Assembly (NCBI GenBank): GCA_049840615.1
Contig: JASGKM010000007.1
Coordinates: 31,849-95,848, forward strand
Length of the DNA stretch: 64,000 bases
DNA from: Pseudomonas sp.
Lineage (GTDB): Bacteria > Pseudomonadota > Gammaproteobacteria > Pseudomonadales > Pseudomonadaceae
Reading direction: 5' to 3'
The notes beneath the pieces were generated by a model that was given only the letters and a program-made list of their open reading frames with translations, made no database searches and had not been told where the DNA came from. The position numbers were made by a program, and so were the translations under genes. Positions 8,027 through 18,720 of the stretch are shown here, piece after piece. Each line of letters starts with the position of its first letter. Positions within the stretch are counted from its first letter, which is position 1.

Positions 8027-10483
8027 TTACCAGCGGAACGTCACGCTACCCAGCAGCGTGCGCTCTTCACCCCAGTAGCAACGCCCGGCGTTGTTGCAAC
8101 CGGCGACGTATTCCTTGTCCAGCAGGTTCTTCGCGTTCACTTCGGCGGACCAGTGCTCGTCGAGCTGGTAGCCGACCAGTGCGTCCACCAGGGTCACGTC
8201 GCCGGTATCCAGCTTGCCGTAAAGCGATGCCGGGGTGTAGGCGAAGGTGCTGTCGAAGTGCCTTACACCGCCGCCCACGCGCAGCCCCTTGAGGTAGCCG
8301 TCGAGGAAGCGATAGGTGCCCCAGGCCGACGCCTGGTTGCGCGGCACGCCGGTCATCTGGTGGTCCTCCAGCAACGAACCCGGGGCGTCCTTGGTGATCC
8401 GAGAGTCGGTATAGGTGTAGGAGGCGGTCAGGCTGAGGTTGTCGGTGATGTCGCTGTTGACCTCCAGCTCCACCCCCTTGGAACGACTTTCACCCACCTG
8501 CCGGTAGTCGCCGACCGTGCTGTCATAGATCACATCGTCGGTCTTGCGCAGGTCGTACACCGAGGCGGTCATCGAGGTGTTCCAGCCCTTGGGCTCGTAC
8601 TTCACTCCCACTTCGTACTGCTCGCTGGTCGTCGGGTCGAGAGTGCCGGACTTGCTCGATGTCTGCTGGGTCGGGGCGAAGGCGGTGGAGTAGCTGACAT
8701 ACGGCGACAGGCCATTGTCGAACTGATACATCAGGCCGGCCTGCCAGGTGAAGTCATGGTCCCAGTAGTCGAGGTCGGCCAGGCCATTGGTGGTGCCGGC
8801 GCGATTGCGGTACTGACTGTTGACCTCATCGAGGCGCCCGCCGAGCAGGGCGATCCAGTTGTCGTAGCGCGTCTGCAGCTGGCCGTAGAGGCCGTACATC
8901 TTCTGCTCCAGCAACGCGTCCTGCACGTGGATCGGCGTGGTTGGCTTGACCGTCCACACCGGGTCGAACACATTCACCGAACCACCGGCGCCAGCGTCCC
9001 AGTCCTGATTGAACGAAGTGCGATCGAAGCTCGCCCCCACCAGCACGGTGTTGGCCAGCTCGCCGGACTGGAAGTGCCCCTCGAACTGGTTGTCCAGCGA
9101 GTAGGTCATCGACTTGTTGTAGCGGTCGTACGCGGTGTTGTTGACGTTGGTGCCAAAGCCGGCGTTGTTCAGGCTGCCCGGCCACATTTCGCGGCGGTCG
9201 ATGCGCGATTGCATGTAGCGCGAGTTCTGGCGGAACTGCCAGGTGTCGTTGAACTGGTGACTGAACTCGTAGCCCAGCGTCCAGGCTTCACGCTCGAACT
9301 TGTCCCAGTCCGGATTGCCCGACAGGGTGTCCTTGTCGATCTTGCCGTTGGGGTTGTGCAACAGGGTGCCGGCCGCGGGGTAACCCAGTTCCATCAGCGT
9401 GCGGTCGCGCTGATAGGTCGAGAGCAGCGTCAGCGACGTGACATCGTCGAAGTTGAAGGTCATCGACGGAGCGATATAAAGGCGATCATCCGGCTGATGA
9501 TCGACCTGGGTGCCGGAGTCGCGGCCCAGCATCACCACGCGGCCGAGGATGTTGCCTTCGTCGGTCAGCGGGCCGGAGACATCGACGCCCAGCTGTTTGC
9601 GGTCATGGGAGCCGTAGGTGAGCTGAACCTCTCCGCGTGGATCGACAGTCGGACGCTTGCTCACCAGGTTGACGATGCCACCGGGCGCATTCTCACCGTA
9701 GAGAATCGAGGTGGGGCCGCGAAACACTTCGACGCGTTCCAGACCATACGGCTCGCTGGTGGTGTCGTAACGGTTGCCCTGCACGCGCAGCCCGTCACGC
9801 AGCAGGCCGTAGCCCCAGTCGGTGGCATTGAAGCCGCGAATGAAGAACAGGTCGCCGGCCAGACCATCGCCAGCGGCGAACGGTGGGGCGAAAATACCCG
9901 GCACGTAGCCCAGCACATCGGTCAGCGTCTGCGACTGCTGGTCCTCCATGCGCTGGCGGGTCACCACCGAGATCGAGCGCGGTGTCTCCGCCAGGGAGGT
10001 ACTGGTCTTGCCTGCGGTGGAGCTGACCTTGGCGTTGTAGCCGCTGTCATCCAGTTGCTCCGCACCCGCACCGCTACCGATGATCGAGGTTGAATCCATC
10101 TGCAGCACGGTGCCGTTCGGATCCGGTTGCAACACGTAGCCGCCGGAGTCCTGCGGCACCGCCTGCAGGCCCGTGCCATCGAGCAGCAACGCCAGCGCAC
10201 GCTCGACGCTGTAGCGACCATCAAGGCCCTTGCTGGACTTGCCGGCGGTCAGGTCATTGTGGCCGACCAGGTAGATCCCGGCCTGGCTGCTGAACTGGTT
10301 GAGCGAGGCCGCCAGGGCACCCGGGGCGATGTGGTATTCGCGCAGAGCTGCCTGTTCCGTGCCCGAAGCCGCTTGAGCGAGCGGGATCGAGGACAGCGCA
10401 GCGACGCTGCAGAGCGACAACGAGATGGCCAGCGCCAGCGGCCGCCGGGCAAAGCGGCGCGAAGAGGAAGTGGGCGAATGCAT
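8027..10483 (-). CDS. TonB-dependent siderophore receptor with N-terminal signalling (STN) domain, FecA/FpvA-type transducer
   Basis: 818 aa. Signal peptide, STN domain (REYHIAPGALAASLNQFSSQAGIYLVG), plug and beta-barrel. Ends in ...GSVTFRW. Confidence 0.9.
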   Translation of the reverse strand: MHSPTSSSRRFARRPLALAISLSLCSVAALSSIPLAQAASGTEQAALREYHIAPGALAASLNQFSSQAGIYLVGHNDLTAGKSSKGLDGRYSVERALALLLDGTGLQAVPQDSGGYVLQPDPNGTVLQMDSTSIIGSGAGAEQLDDSGYNAKVSSTAGKTSTSLAETPRSISVVTRQRMEDQQSQTLTDVLGYVPGIFAPPFAAGDGLAGDLFFIRGFNATDWGYGLLRDGLRVQGNRYDTTSEPYGLERVEVFRGPTSILYGENAPGGIVNLVSKRPTVDPRGEVQLTYGSHDRKQLGVDVSGPLTDEGNILGRVVMLGRDSGTQVDHQPDDRLYIAPSMTFNFDDVTSLTLLSTYQRDRTLMELGYPAAGTLLHNPNGKIDKDTLSGNPDWDKFEREAWTLGYEFSHQFNDTWQFRQNSRYMQSRIDRREMWPGSLNNAGFGTNVNNTAYDRYNKSMTYSLDNQFEGHFQSGELANTVLVGASFDRTSFNQDWDAGAGGSVNVFDPVWTVKPTTPIHVQDALLEQKMYGLYGQLQTRYDNWIALLGGRLDEVNSQYRNRAGTTNGLADLDYWDHDFTWQAGLMYQFDNGLSPYVSYSTAFAPTQQTSSKSGTLDPTTSEQYEVGVKYEPKGWNTSMTASVYDLRKTDDVIYDSTVGDYRQVGESRSKGVELEVNSDITDNLSLTASYTYTDSRITKDAPGSLLEDHQMTGVPRNQASAWGTYRFLDGYLKGLRVGGGVRHFDSTFAYTPASLYGKLDTGDVTLVDALVGYQLDEHWSAEVNAKNLLDKEYVAGCNNAGRCYWGEERTLLGSVTFRW

Positions 10484-10549
10484 GGAGTTCCCTGGTTCGG
10501 TGCAGTGGGTAAAAGTGCGTTTCTGAGGAATGACCGAACGGGAAACGGA

Positions 10550-10578
10550 AAAGGGAACCGCAGCGGAAATTTTTTTTC
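10550..10578 (-). promoter_or_regulatory. Candidate FecI-type ECF promoter for the receptor gene
   Basis: The minus strand reads GAAAAA-N16-TCCCTTT, about 60-95 nt upstream of the receptor ATG and just after the fecR stop. It resembles my recollection of the E. coli fecA promoter (GAAAAT-N16-(G)TCCTTT). Confidence 0.3.
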
Positions 10579-10586
10579 GTGCGACG

Positions 10587-11567
10587 TCAGACGGACTCGA
10601 TGCTCACCCACCAGGGTGTCAGGCGTTGAACCTTGACCGGCAATGCCGCTGCCAGCAGGCGAAGCGCCTGGTCACTGTCATCCAGGGGGAAGGCACCCAT
10701 CACCGGCAGCTGGGCAACGGCCGGATCACACCCCAGATAGCCGTGGCGATAGCGGCCCAGCTCCTCGACCAATTGCCCCAGCGACAGGTTCTCGGCGGTG
10801 AGTACATGGCGCACCCAGGACTCCCCTGCCGTCTGCGCTGGCGATACCTCACCGATGGCGAGGCGCGTGAAGTCGACGCGCTGGCCGGCCTCCAGCACCC
10901 GCCGCTCTCCACTGTCTGCGGTGCGGATTTCCACCGCGCCGGCGTAGACATTGAGGCGCGTAGCATCGCCCAGTTGCCTGACCGCGAAGCGCGTGCCCAG
11001 CGCGCGCAGGCGCCCTTGCTCGGTGTCGACAAGGAAGGGCCGGTGTGCGGCATCCCTGGCGGTGTCCACCAGTACTTCGCCAAAGCGCAGCCGCAGCAGG
11101 CGCTGGTCCGGACCGAAGTCGGCATCCACCGCACTGATCGCCGCCAGCCAGAGATGAGTGCCATCGGCGAGAATCGCCTCGCGAGTCTCGGCGGTAGAGG
11201 TGCTGTAGTCGGCATTCCAGCCCTGCACCAACCTCGGAAGCGAAGTGCCACGCCAGGTGCCCCAGCCAAGCAGCAGGCCGCCACTAAGCACCAGCAGGCT
11301 CTTGAGCCCCTGGCGACGCGAGAGCTGGCGCTCGCCACTGGCCTTGAGCACCCGCCCCGCCAGCTGCCTCTCGCCCTGTAATGGCGCGAAGCGCTGGCCT
11401 ATGCGCTCGACGTAGTGCCAGGCAGCCTGGTGCTCGGCGTGCAGGTCGAGCCACTGGCGCCATTGCGCGTGGAGTTGGGCGCTGGGATTTTCATCCTGCA
11501 GCAGCACGTACCAGTTTGCCGCCTGCTGCAGGCTGGCGTGGCTGAGCTTGTCGTCGCGGCCGTTCAC
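10587..11567 (-). CDS. FecR-family anti-sigma factor / transmembrane sensor
   Basis: ORF trimmed to a GTG at 11567 that overlaps the fecI-like stop (GTGA), giving 326 aa. N-terminal anti-sigma region, one TM helix (SLLVLSGGLLLGWG) and a periplasmic FecR domain. Confidence 0.85.
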   Translation of the reverse strand: MNGRDDKLSHASLQQAANWYVLLQDENPSAQLHAQWRQWLDLHAEHQAAWHYVERIGQRFAPLQGERQLAGRVLKASGERQLSRRQGLKSLLVLSGGLLLGWGTWRGTSLPRLVQGWNADYSTSTAETREAILADGTHLWLAAISAVDADFGPDQRLLRLRFGEVLVDTARDAAHRPFLVDTEQGRLRALGTRFAVRQLGDATRLNVYAGAVEIRTADSGERRVLEAGQRVDFTRLAIGEVSPAQTAGESWVRHVLTAENLSLGQLVEELGRYRHGYLGCDPAVAQLPVMGAFPLDDSDQALRLLAAALPVKVQRLTPWWVSIESV

Positions 11568-12112
11568 TCCACCAGTACTCCATCCAGCTCGGCTTCCAGC
11601 ACCGCACAGTGCAGGAATGCCTGGGCGAGATACTTCTTCACCATCCGCTCGGACACCCCCAGCTCCACGGCGATTTCGCGGTACGGCAAGCCATCGATCT
11701 GTGCCAGCAGGAAGGCCCGGCGCACCCTGGCGGGCAGCCGCAGAAGCAGCGCGTCGACCTGCTGCAGGGTTTCCAGGATCAACGCCAATTGTTCGGGAGA
11801 CGACTGCACCGCCTCGGGCTGGGCAGCCAGGGCCTCCAGCCAGGCCTGTTCCAGCTGCAGGCGGCGCCATTGATCGATCACCAGGCCGCGGGCAATGGTC
11901 GCGAGGTAGGTGCGCGGTTGATCGAGATACACCGCAATACCCTTGGCACGCACCGTAAGCACGCGCAGGAAAGTGTCCTGGGCGAGGTCGGCGGCCCGCT
12001 GCGAGCAGCCCGTCTTGCGACGGATCCAGCCTTGCAGCCAGCCATGGTGGTCAGCGTAGAGGCGGTGCATGTCGTGATCCGCGAGTTGTGTACGACCCAG
12101 TAGCGACACCAC
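11564..12112 (-). CDS. ECF sigma-70 factor, FecI-like (iron-starvation group)
   Basis: 182 aa. Region 2 (DLAQDTFLRV) and a region 4 HTH (LPYREIAVELGVSERMVKKYLAQA). The GTG start at 12112 is preferred over ATG 12070 by comparison with the FecI N-terminal length. Confidence 0.85.
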   Translation of the reverse strand: MVSLLGRTQLADHDMHRLYADHHGWLQGWIRRKTGCSQRAADLAQDTFLRVLTVRAKGIAVYLDQPRTYLATIARGLVIDQWRRLQLEQAWLEALAAQPEAVQSSPEQLALILETLQQVDALLLRLPARVRRAFLLAQIDGLPYREIAVELGVSERMVKKYLAQAFLHCAVLEAELDGVLVE

Positions 12113-12126
12113 CGCACCTGCTATTC

Positions 12127-12152
12127 AGCAAATAATAATCAGTCGCATTATA
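12127..12152 (-). promoter_or_regulatory. Putative fecI-like promoter: TATAAT -10 box abutting a Fur-box-like AT-rich site
   Basis: Minus-strand TATAAT at 12152-12147. The adjacent gcaaataataatcagtcgc matches the 19-bp Fur consensus GATAATGATAATCATTATC at about 13 of 19 positions. Confidence 0.45.
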
Positions 12153-12257
12153 TGCAGGTGTCGATCAACGGCAATAGCCATCTGCCAGTGAATGTCTGCG
12201 GGGCGAAACAATCGACCGCGCAGCCCGCCAAGGCGGCTCCAACAGAATTTCAGGCAT

Positions 12258-12292
12258 GAAAAAGCCCCGCAGGTGCGGGGCTTTTTCAGTTC
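12258..12292. terminator. Terminator hairpin downstream of cysNC; right copy of the 35-bp direct repeat
   Basis: gaaaaagccccgc-aggt-gcggggctttttcagttca. Confidence 0.75.
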
Positions 12293-12304
12293 AGCGCAGT
12301 GCGA

Positions 12305-14206
12305 TCAGATCGCGCCGCGCTGGCGGAGCAGGTCGAGAACCGCCTTGACGCCGTCTTCCACCGACTGACTCTGGGTATCAATCACCAGATCGGCATCCAG
12401 CGGTACGTCGAACGGGAAGGACTCGCCCGGGATGTTGTCCTGGCCGGCGGCGTACAACCCCTGCGGGTCACGCTCACGGCAGACCTGCGGAGAAGCCTGG
12501 ACGTAGACGGTGACCAGGCGCTCGGCGCCGATCAGCGACTTGGCGCGCTCACGCCCCTCGGCGCTCGGAGCGACGAAGGCGCACAGGCTGATCAGACCGG
12601 CTTCGTTGAACTGCCGGGCGACATGAGCGGTGCGCAGCCAGTTCTCGGTACGGCCGGCGCGATCCTGCGGCAGGCCCTTGTTCAGGTCGTGACGCAGGTT
12701 CTGGCCGTCCAGCACATAGACTGCGCGCCCCATGTCGAACAGCTTGCGCTCCACCGCGTAGGCCAGGGTGCTCTTGCCGGCGCCGGAAAGGCCGCTGAAC
12801 AGCACGGTAGCCGGTTGCTGGCCGAAGCGTGCTGCGCGCTCCTCACGTGCTACGTGGGCGCTCGCGCCGTGATGGGTGCTGGTGCCGTGGCTCGATTGCG
12901 GGGCGGCGATGATCATGCCGGCGCCGACAGTGCCGTTGGTCAGGCGATCGATGACGATGAAAGCACCCGTGGTGCGGTTCTGGTCATAGCCGTCCAGCGC
13001 GATGGACGCATCCAGGCTGACCTTCACACGGGCGATCTCGTTGAGCTTGAGTTCGCTGGCGGCAGTCTCTTCCAGGGTGTTCACGTCCACCTTGTGGGTG
13101 ATGCTCGGGATCGAGCCCGGCACGTAGCTGGTGGCGCGCTTGATGTCGTACTTCTTGCCCGGCAGCATCGGCTCCTCAGCCATCCACACCAGCATGGCGT
13201 CGAAGCCGTCGGTCACCTGCGGACGATTGTCGGCATGCACCAGCATGTCGCCGCGCGATACGTCGATCTCGTCTTCCAGGGTCAGGGTCACGGCCTGGCC
13301 GGGACCGGCCTGCTCCAACTCGCCCTCGAAGGTGACGATGGACTTGACCTTGCTGCCCTTGCCCGACGGCAGGGCGATGACTTCGTCACCCTTGCGCACG
13401 ACGCCGCTCGCCAGGGTACCGGCGAAGCCGCGGAAGTTCAGGTTCGGACGGTTGACGTACTGCACCGGGAAGCGCATGTCGTCGAGGTTGCGGTCGCCCG
13501 CGACTTCCACGGTCTCGAGGATTTCCATCAGCGACTGGCCGGTGTACCACGGCGAGCGCTCGGACTTGTTGACCACGTTGTCGCCCTTCAGCGCCGACAT
13601 CGGCACGAAGTGCAGGGAGTTGGTCTTGAGGTTGATCTTCTCGGCGAACTGCAGGTAGTCGGCCTTGATCTGCTCGAAGACGCCCTCGTCGAAGCCCTTG
13701 AGGTCCATCTTGTTGATGGCAACCACGATGTGCTTGATGCCCAGCAGCGAGGCGATGAAGCTGTGCCGGCGGGTCTGGGTCTGCACGCCGTAGCGGGCGT
13801 CGATCAGGATGATGGCCAGGTCGCAGGTGGACGCGCCGGTGGCCATGTTGCGGGTGTACTGCTCATGGCCGGGGGTATCGGCGATGATGAACTTGCGCTT
13901 GGAGGTGCTGAAGTAGCGGTAGGCCACGTCGATGGTGATGCCCTGCTCGCGCTCGGCCTGCAGGCCGTCCACCAGTAGTGCCAGGTCGACGTCGTCGCCG
14001 GTGGTGCCGACTTTCTTGGAATCCTTGGTGATGGCCTCGAGGTGGTCCTCGTAGATCATCTTGGAGTCGTGCAGCAGGCGCCCGATCAGGGTGCTCTTGC
14101 CGTCGTCGACGTTGCCGCAGGTCAGGAAGCGCAGGAGTTCCTTGCGCTCGTGCTGGGCCAGGTAGGCGAGGATGTCCTCGCTGATCAGATCGGATTGATG
14201 CGACAT
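12305..14206 (-). CDS. cysNC: bifunctional sulfate adenylyltransferase subunit 1 / adenylylsulfate kinase
   Basis: 633 aa. N-terminal GTPase motifs ([17 protein letters not shown]) and a C-terminal APS-kinase P-loop (GLSGAGKST). Confidence 0.95.
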   Translation of the reverse strand: MSHQSDLISEDILAYLAQHERKELLRFLTCGNVDDGKSTLIGRLLHDSKMIYEDHLEAITKDSKKVGTTGDDVDLALLVDGLQAEREQGITIDVAYRYFSTSKRKFIIADTPGHEQYTRNMATGASTCDLAIILIDARYGVQTQTRRHSFIASLLGIKHIVVAINKMDLKGFDEGVFEQIKADYLQFAEKINLKTNSLHFVPMSALKGDNVVNKSERSPWYTGQSLMEILETVEVAGDRNLDDMRFPVQYVNRPNLNFRGFAGTLASGVVRKGDEVIALPSGKGSKVKSIVTFEGELEQAGPGQAVTLTLEDEIDVSRGDMLVHADNRPQVTDGFDAMLVWMAEEPMLPGKKYDIKRATSYVPGSIPSITHKVDVNTLEETAASELKLNEIARVKVSLDASIALDGYDQNRTTGAFIVIDRLTNGTVGAGMIIAAPQSSHGTSTHHGASAHVAREERAARFGQQPATVLFSGLSGAGKSTLAYAVERKLFDMGRAVYVLDGQNLRHDLNKGLPQDRAGRTENWLRTAHVARQFNEAGLISLCAFVAPSAEGRERAKSLIGAERLVTVYVQASPQVCRERDPQGLYAAGQDNIPGESFPFDVPLDADLVIDTQSQSVEDGVKAVLDLLRQRGAI

Positions 14207-14218
14207 GGTGCGAGAACC

Positions 14219-15136
14219 TTAGAAGTAGCCCTGACGTTTCTTTTCTTCCATCGAGCCGGCGGCATCGTGGTCGATGACCCGGCCCTGGCGTTCGGAAGTC
14301 CGCGTCAGCAGCATTTCCTGGATGATTTCCGGCAGGGAGGTAGCGGTGGACTCCACCGCGCCGGTCAGCGGGTAGCAGCCCAGGGTGCGGAAGCGCACCA
14401 TCTTCTTCTGGATGCTGGCCTTCTGCTCGGGCGTGAGGTGCTCGAGGATGCGCTCGTCGTCGATCATGATCAGCGCGCCGTTCATCTCGATGACTTCGCG
14501 TTCCTCGGCGAAGTACAGCGGCACGATCGGGATCTGTTCCAGGTAGATGTACTGCCAGATGTCCAGCTCGGTCCAGTTCGACAGCGGGAAGACGCGGATG
14601 GACTCGCCCTTCTTCACCTTGCCGTTGTAGACGTTCCACAGCTCCGGACGCTGGTTCTTCGGGTCCCAGCGGTGCTTGCTGTCACGGAAGGAGTAGACGC
14701 GCTCCTTGGCGCGGGACTTCTCCTCGTCGCGGCGGGCGCCACCGAATGCGGCATCGAAGCCGTATTTGTCGAGCGCCTGCTTGAGGCCCTCGGTCTTCAT
14801 GATGTCGGTGTGCTTGGCACTACCGTGGGTGAACGGGTTGATGTCCTGCGCCACGCCATCGGGGTTGATGTGGGTGATCAGGTCCAGGCCGTATTCGCTG
14901 ACCATCTTCTCGCGGAAGCGGTACATCTCCTGGAATTTCCAGCGGGTGTCGACATGCATCACCGGGAACGGCAGCTTGCCGGGGAAGAAGGCCTTGCGCG
15001 CGAGGTGCAGCATCACCGCGCTATCCTTGCCGATCGAGTACAGCATCACCGGGTTGTCGAACTCGGCGGCGACCTCGCGGATGATGTGGATGCTCTCGGC
15101 CTCCAGCTGTTTCAGATGCGTCAGTTTGTCGACCAT
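14219..15136 (-). CDS. cysD: sulfate adenylyltransferase subunit 2
   Basis: 305 aa, PAPS-reductase-like fold ([12 protein letters not shown]). Lies immediately upstream of cysNC. Confidence 0.95.
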   Translation of the reverse strand: MVDKLTHLKQLEAESIHIIREVAAEFDNPVMLYSIGKDSAVMLHLARKAFFPGKLPFPVMHVDTRWKFQEMYRFREKMVSEYGLDLITHINPDGVAQDINPFTHGSAKHTDIMKTEGLKQALDKYGFDAAFGGARRDEEKSRAKERVYSFRDSKHRWDPKNQRPELWNVYNGKVKKGESIRVFPLSNWTELDIWQYIYLEQIPIVPLYFAEEREVIEMNGALIMIDDERILEHLTPEQKASIQKKMVRFRTLGCYPLTGAVESTATSLPEIIQEMLLTRTSERQGRVIDHDAAGSMEEKKRQGYF

Positions 15137-15240
15137 GGCTACTCACGGAATTGCTTATGGACGGCCGGCGGGCCGTAGACGAGCGCGCACTCTATCACAG
15201 CGCAAGGCTCTAACCGGCGGGCGGGTTATACCGAAAAAAT

Positions 15241-15269
15241 ATACTGATATAGCCATACGCGCTCAGTAT
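15241..15269. promoter_or_regulatory. AT-rich inverted repeat upstream of cysD (possible LysR/CysB-type site)
   Basis: ATACTGA-N15-TCAGTAT, a perfect 7-bp inverted repeat 105-133 nt upstream of the cysD ATG, inside the only AT-rich stretch of the spacer. Confidence 0.25.
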
Positions 15270-15473
15270 GAAAACCGCTTTCAACCGGTGTCTGAAGGTG
15301 TTCTCCCGAGGCGTTCGAGCGAGGCGCAGCAACGGCCCAAATGCCACCTCGGAAACAACCTCAGGATTTTTCCTGCAACAGAGTCAGCGGCTTCCACGAT
15401 GCGCTCCCGGCTTGTGCCAGCGCGGCACTGCGCTAGCATAGCGGGCACGTTTTCCTGTCCCAGAAGATCTCCC

Positions 15474-16571
15474 ATGCGCCGCATCGCTTTCGCCCTGTCC
15501 CTGCTTGTTCCCCTCTCCGCGTGCAGCAGCAAACCGACTCCCGCCCCGCAGCCGGCCCAGAAACCAAAGGCACCGACCCTGATCACGCCCAGCGCACACC
15601 CGGCGTTCGGTTCGGTGCAACCGATCACTCCGCTGCGCGGCGACTATGCCAACAATGCCAACGCCAATCGCTTCATCGACATGATGGTGAGCAAGTACGG
15701 CTTCAATCGGCAGAACCTGCACGATCTGTTTGCGCAGACCCAGGAGCTGGACTGGGTGATCCGCCTCATGGACCGCCAGGCACCGACCTACACGCCGCCC
15801 AGCGGCCCGAACGGCGCCTGGCTGCGCTACCGGAAGAAGTTCATCACCCCGGATAACGTGCAGAAAGGAGTGCAGTTCTGGGACCAGTACGAAGCCGACC
15901 TGCAGCGTGCCTCGCGCACCTATGGCGTACCGCCGGAAATCATCGTCGGCATCATCGGCGTGGAAACCCGCTGGGGCCGCGTCATGGGCAAGACACGGAT
16001 CATCGATGCGCTGGCCACCCTGTCGTTCTCCTACCCGCGCCGCGCCGAGTTCTTCAGCGGCGAACTGGAGCAGTTCCTGCTACAGGCGCGCAAGGAAGGC
16101 GTGGACCCGCTCTCGCTGCGCGGCTCCTATGCCGGCGCCATGGGCTACGGGCAGTTCATGCCCTCCTCCTTCACAAAGTACGCGGTGGACTTCGACGGCG
16201 ACGGTCACCGCGACCTGTGGAATCCGCGCGACGCCATCGGCAGCGTGGCGAACTACTTCAAGCAGCATGGCTGGGTCACCGGCGACGCCGTAGCGATCCC
16301 CGCGACCGGCCAGGCCCGTTCGCTGGAGGACGGCTTCAAGACCCAGTACCCCATCGGCGTGCTGGCCAACGCCGGCCTGCGCCCGCAGGGATCGCTGGGC
16401 AATCACCAGACCGCCAGCCTGCTGCGTCTGGACATGGGCAACACCTACCAGTACTGGTACGGCCTGCCGAACTTCTACGTGATCACCCGCTACAACCACA
16501 GCACACACTACGCGATGGCGGTATGGGAGCTGGGCAAGGCAGTCGACCGCCAGCGCCACGGCTACCGCTGA
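15474..16571 (+). CDS. mltB: lytic murein transglycosylase B (lipoprotein)
   Basis: ORF 14706..16571 trimmed to ATG at 15474, giving 365 aa. Lipobox LVPLSAC. MltB-family motifs (ETRWG, GAMGYGQFMPSSF). Confidence 0.9.
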   Translation: MRRIAFALSLLVPLSACSSKPTPAPQPAQKPKAPTLITPSAHPAFGSVQPITPLRGDYANNANANRFIDMMVSKYGFNRQNLHDLFAQTQELDWVIRLMDRQAPTYTPPSGPNGAWLRYRKKFITPDNVQKGVQFWDQYEADLQRASRTYGVPPEIIVGIIGVETRWGRVMGKTRIIDALATLSFSYPRRAEFFSGELEQFLLQARKEGVDPLSLRGSYAGAMGYGQFMPSSFTKYAVDFDGDGHRDLWNPRDAIGSVANYFKQHGWVTGDAVAIPATGQARSLEDGFKTQYPIGVLANAGLRPQGSLGNHQTASLLRLDMGNTYQYWYGLPNFYVITRYNHSTHYAMAVWELGKAVDRQRHGYR

Positions 16572-16580
16572 GGCGCACAC

Positions 16581-16612
16581 AAAAAAGCCGGCTCGTCGAG
16601 CCGGCTTTTTTC
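16581..16612. terminator. Bidirectional rho-independent terminator
   Basis: aaaaaagccggctcg-tcgagccggcttttttc, lying between convergent genes. Confidence 0.8.
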
Positions 16613-16630
16613 TTTCAAGGCGCCGCAGAA

Positions 16631-17389
16631 TCAGGCGGGGTTCGGGCAGTCGATGAACAGATGCTCGATGGCGAAGCGCTTGGCCAGATAGTCCCCCAGC
16701 GCCTGCACGCCGTAGCGTTCGGTGGCATGGTGGCCGGCGGCGAAGAAGCTGATGCCGTTCTCCCGAGCACTGTGCACGGTCTGCTCGGAGACTTCGCCGG
16801 TCAGGTAGGCATCGACGCCTGCGGCAATCGCCTGATCGATGTAGCCCTGAGCGCCTCCGGTGCACCAGGCGATGCGGCGGATTGGCTGGCCGCCGTCGAC
16901 CAACAGCGGTTCGCGGCCAAGCACGTCACGCACATGGATTGCGAGATCGCTGGGCAGCATGGGCTCCGCCAGAGAACCAACCAGCACGATGGAGCGGGGA
17001 TTACCCGGCTCCAGCGGCCCTTCGATCTCGAATCCGAGTTGGCGGCCCAACTGCACGTTGTTACCCACTTCGGGATGCAGGTCCAGCGGCAGGTGGTAGG
17101 CCAGCAGGCTGATGTCATGGTTCAGCAGGGTCTTCAGGCGACGCTGCTTCATGCCCACCACGCGGGCGTCCTCGCCCTTCCAGAAATAGCCGTGGTGGAC
17201 CAGCACCACATCGGCGTCCGCTTCCACGGCGGCATCCAGCAGCGCCTGGCTGGCGGTAACGCCGGAAACGATGCGACGAACCTGCGGACGACCCTCGACC
17301 TGCAGGCCGTTGGGGCAGTAATCCTGGATCTTCGCCGCCTCCAGGAAACGGTCCGCTTCCTCGACCAGCGTACTCAGTGCGATTGCCAT
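16631..17389 (-). CDS. ybgI: Nif3-like dinuclear metal centre protein (YbgI family)
   Basis: 252 aa with NIF3-family sequence throughout (HHGYFWKG, GHHATERYG). Confidence 0.88.
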   Translation of the reverse strand: MAIALSTLVEEADRFLEAAKIQDYCPNGLQVEGRPQVRRIVSGVTASQALLDAAVEADADVVLVHHGYFWKGEDARVVGMKQRRLKTLLNHDISLLAYHLPLDLHPEVGNNVQLGRQLGFEIEGPLEPGNPRSIVLVGSLAEPMLPSDLAIHVRDVLGREPLLVDGGQPIRRIAWCTGGAQGYIDQAIAAGVDAYLTGEVSEQTVHSARENGISFFAAGHHATERYGVQALGDYLAKRFAIEHLFIDCPNPA

Positions 17390-17502
17390 CGAAATTCCTC
17401 CAACATCGGCTGCGAGCGTCTATTTTCTTGGCTCGCCGCCCGTATAATGGCCGCCACCCTATCGGCCATCCCCCGGCCAAGCAACCCCAAGGATTTTCTT
17501 CG

Positions 17503-18651
<1,149 letters not shown>

Positions 18652-18676
18652 TACCGCTCGCTATTCCAGAGCAATG

Positions 18677-18704
18677 AAAAACGGCGCCCGAGGGCGCCGT
18701 TTTG
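18677..18704. terminator. Bidirectional rho-independent terminator
   Basis: aaaaacggcgccc-gag-ggcgccgtttt. Confidence 0.8.
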
Positions 18705-18720
18705 CTTTGCAGCGACAGCC

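Noticed and set aside
8016-12257. The iron-uptake module as a mobile genomic island.
   Set aside because: It has no integrase, transposase, tRNA attachment site or obvious GC deviation. Only the duplicated terminator hairpin is present, so it is reported as an insertion footprint rather than a mobile element.
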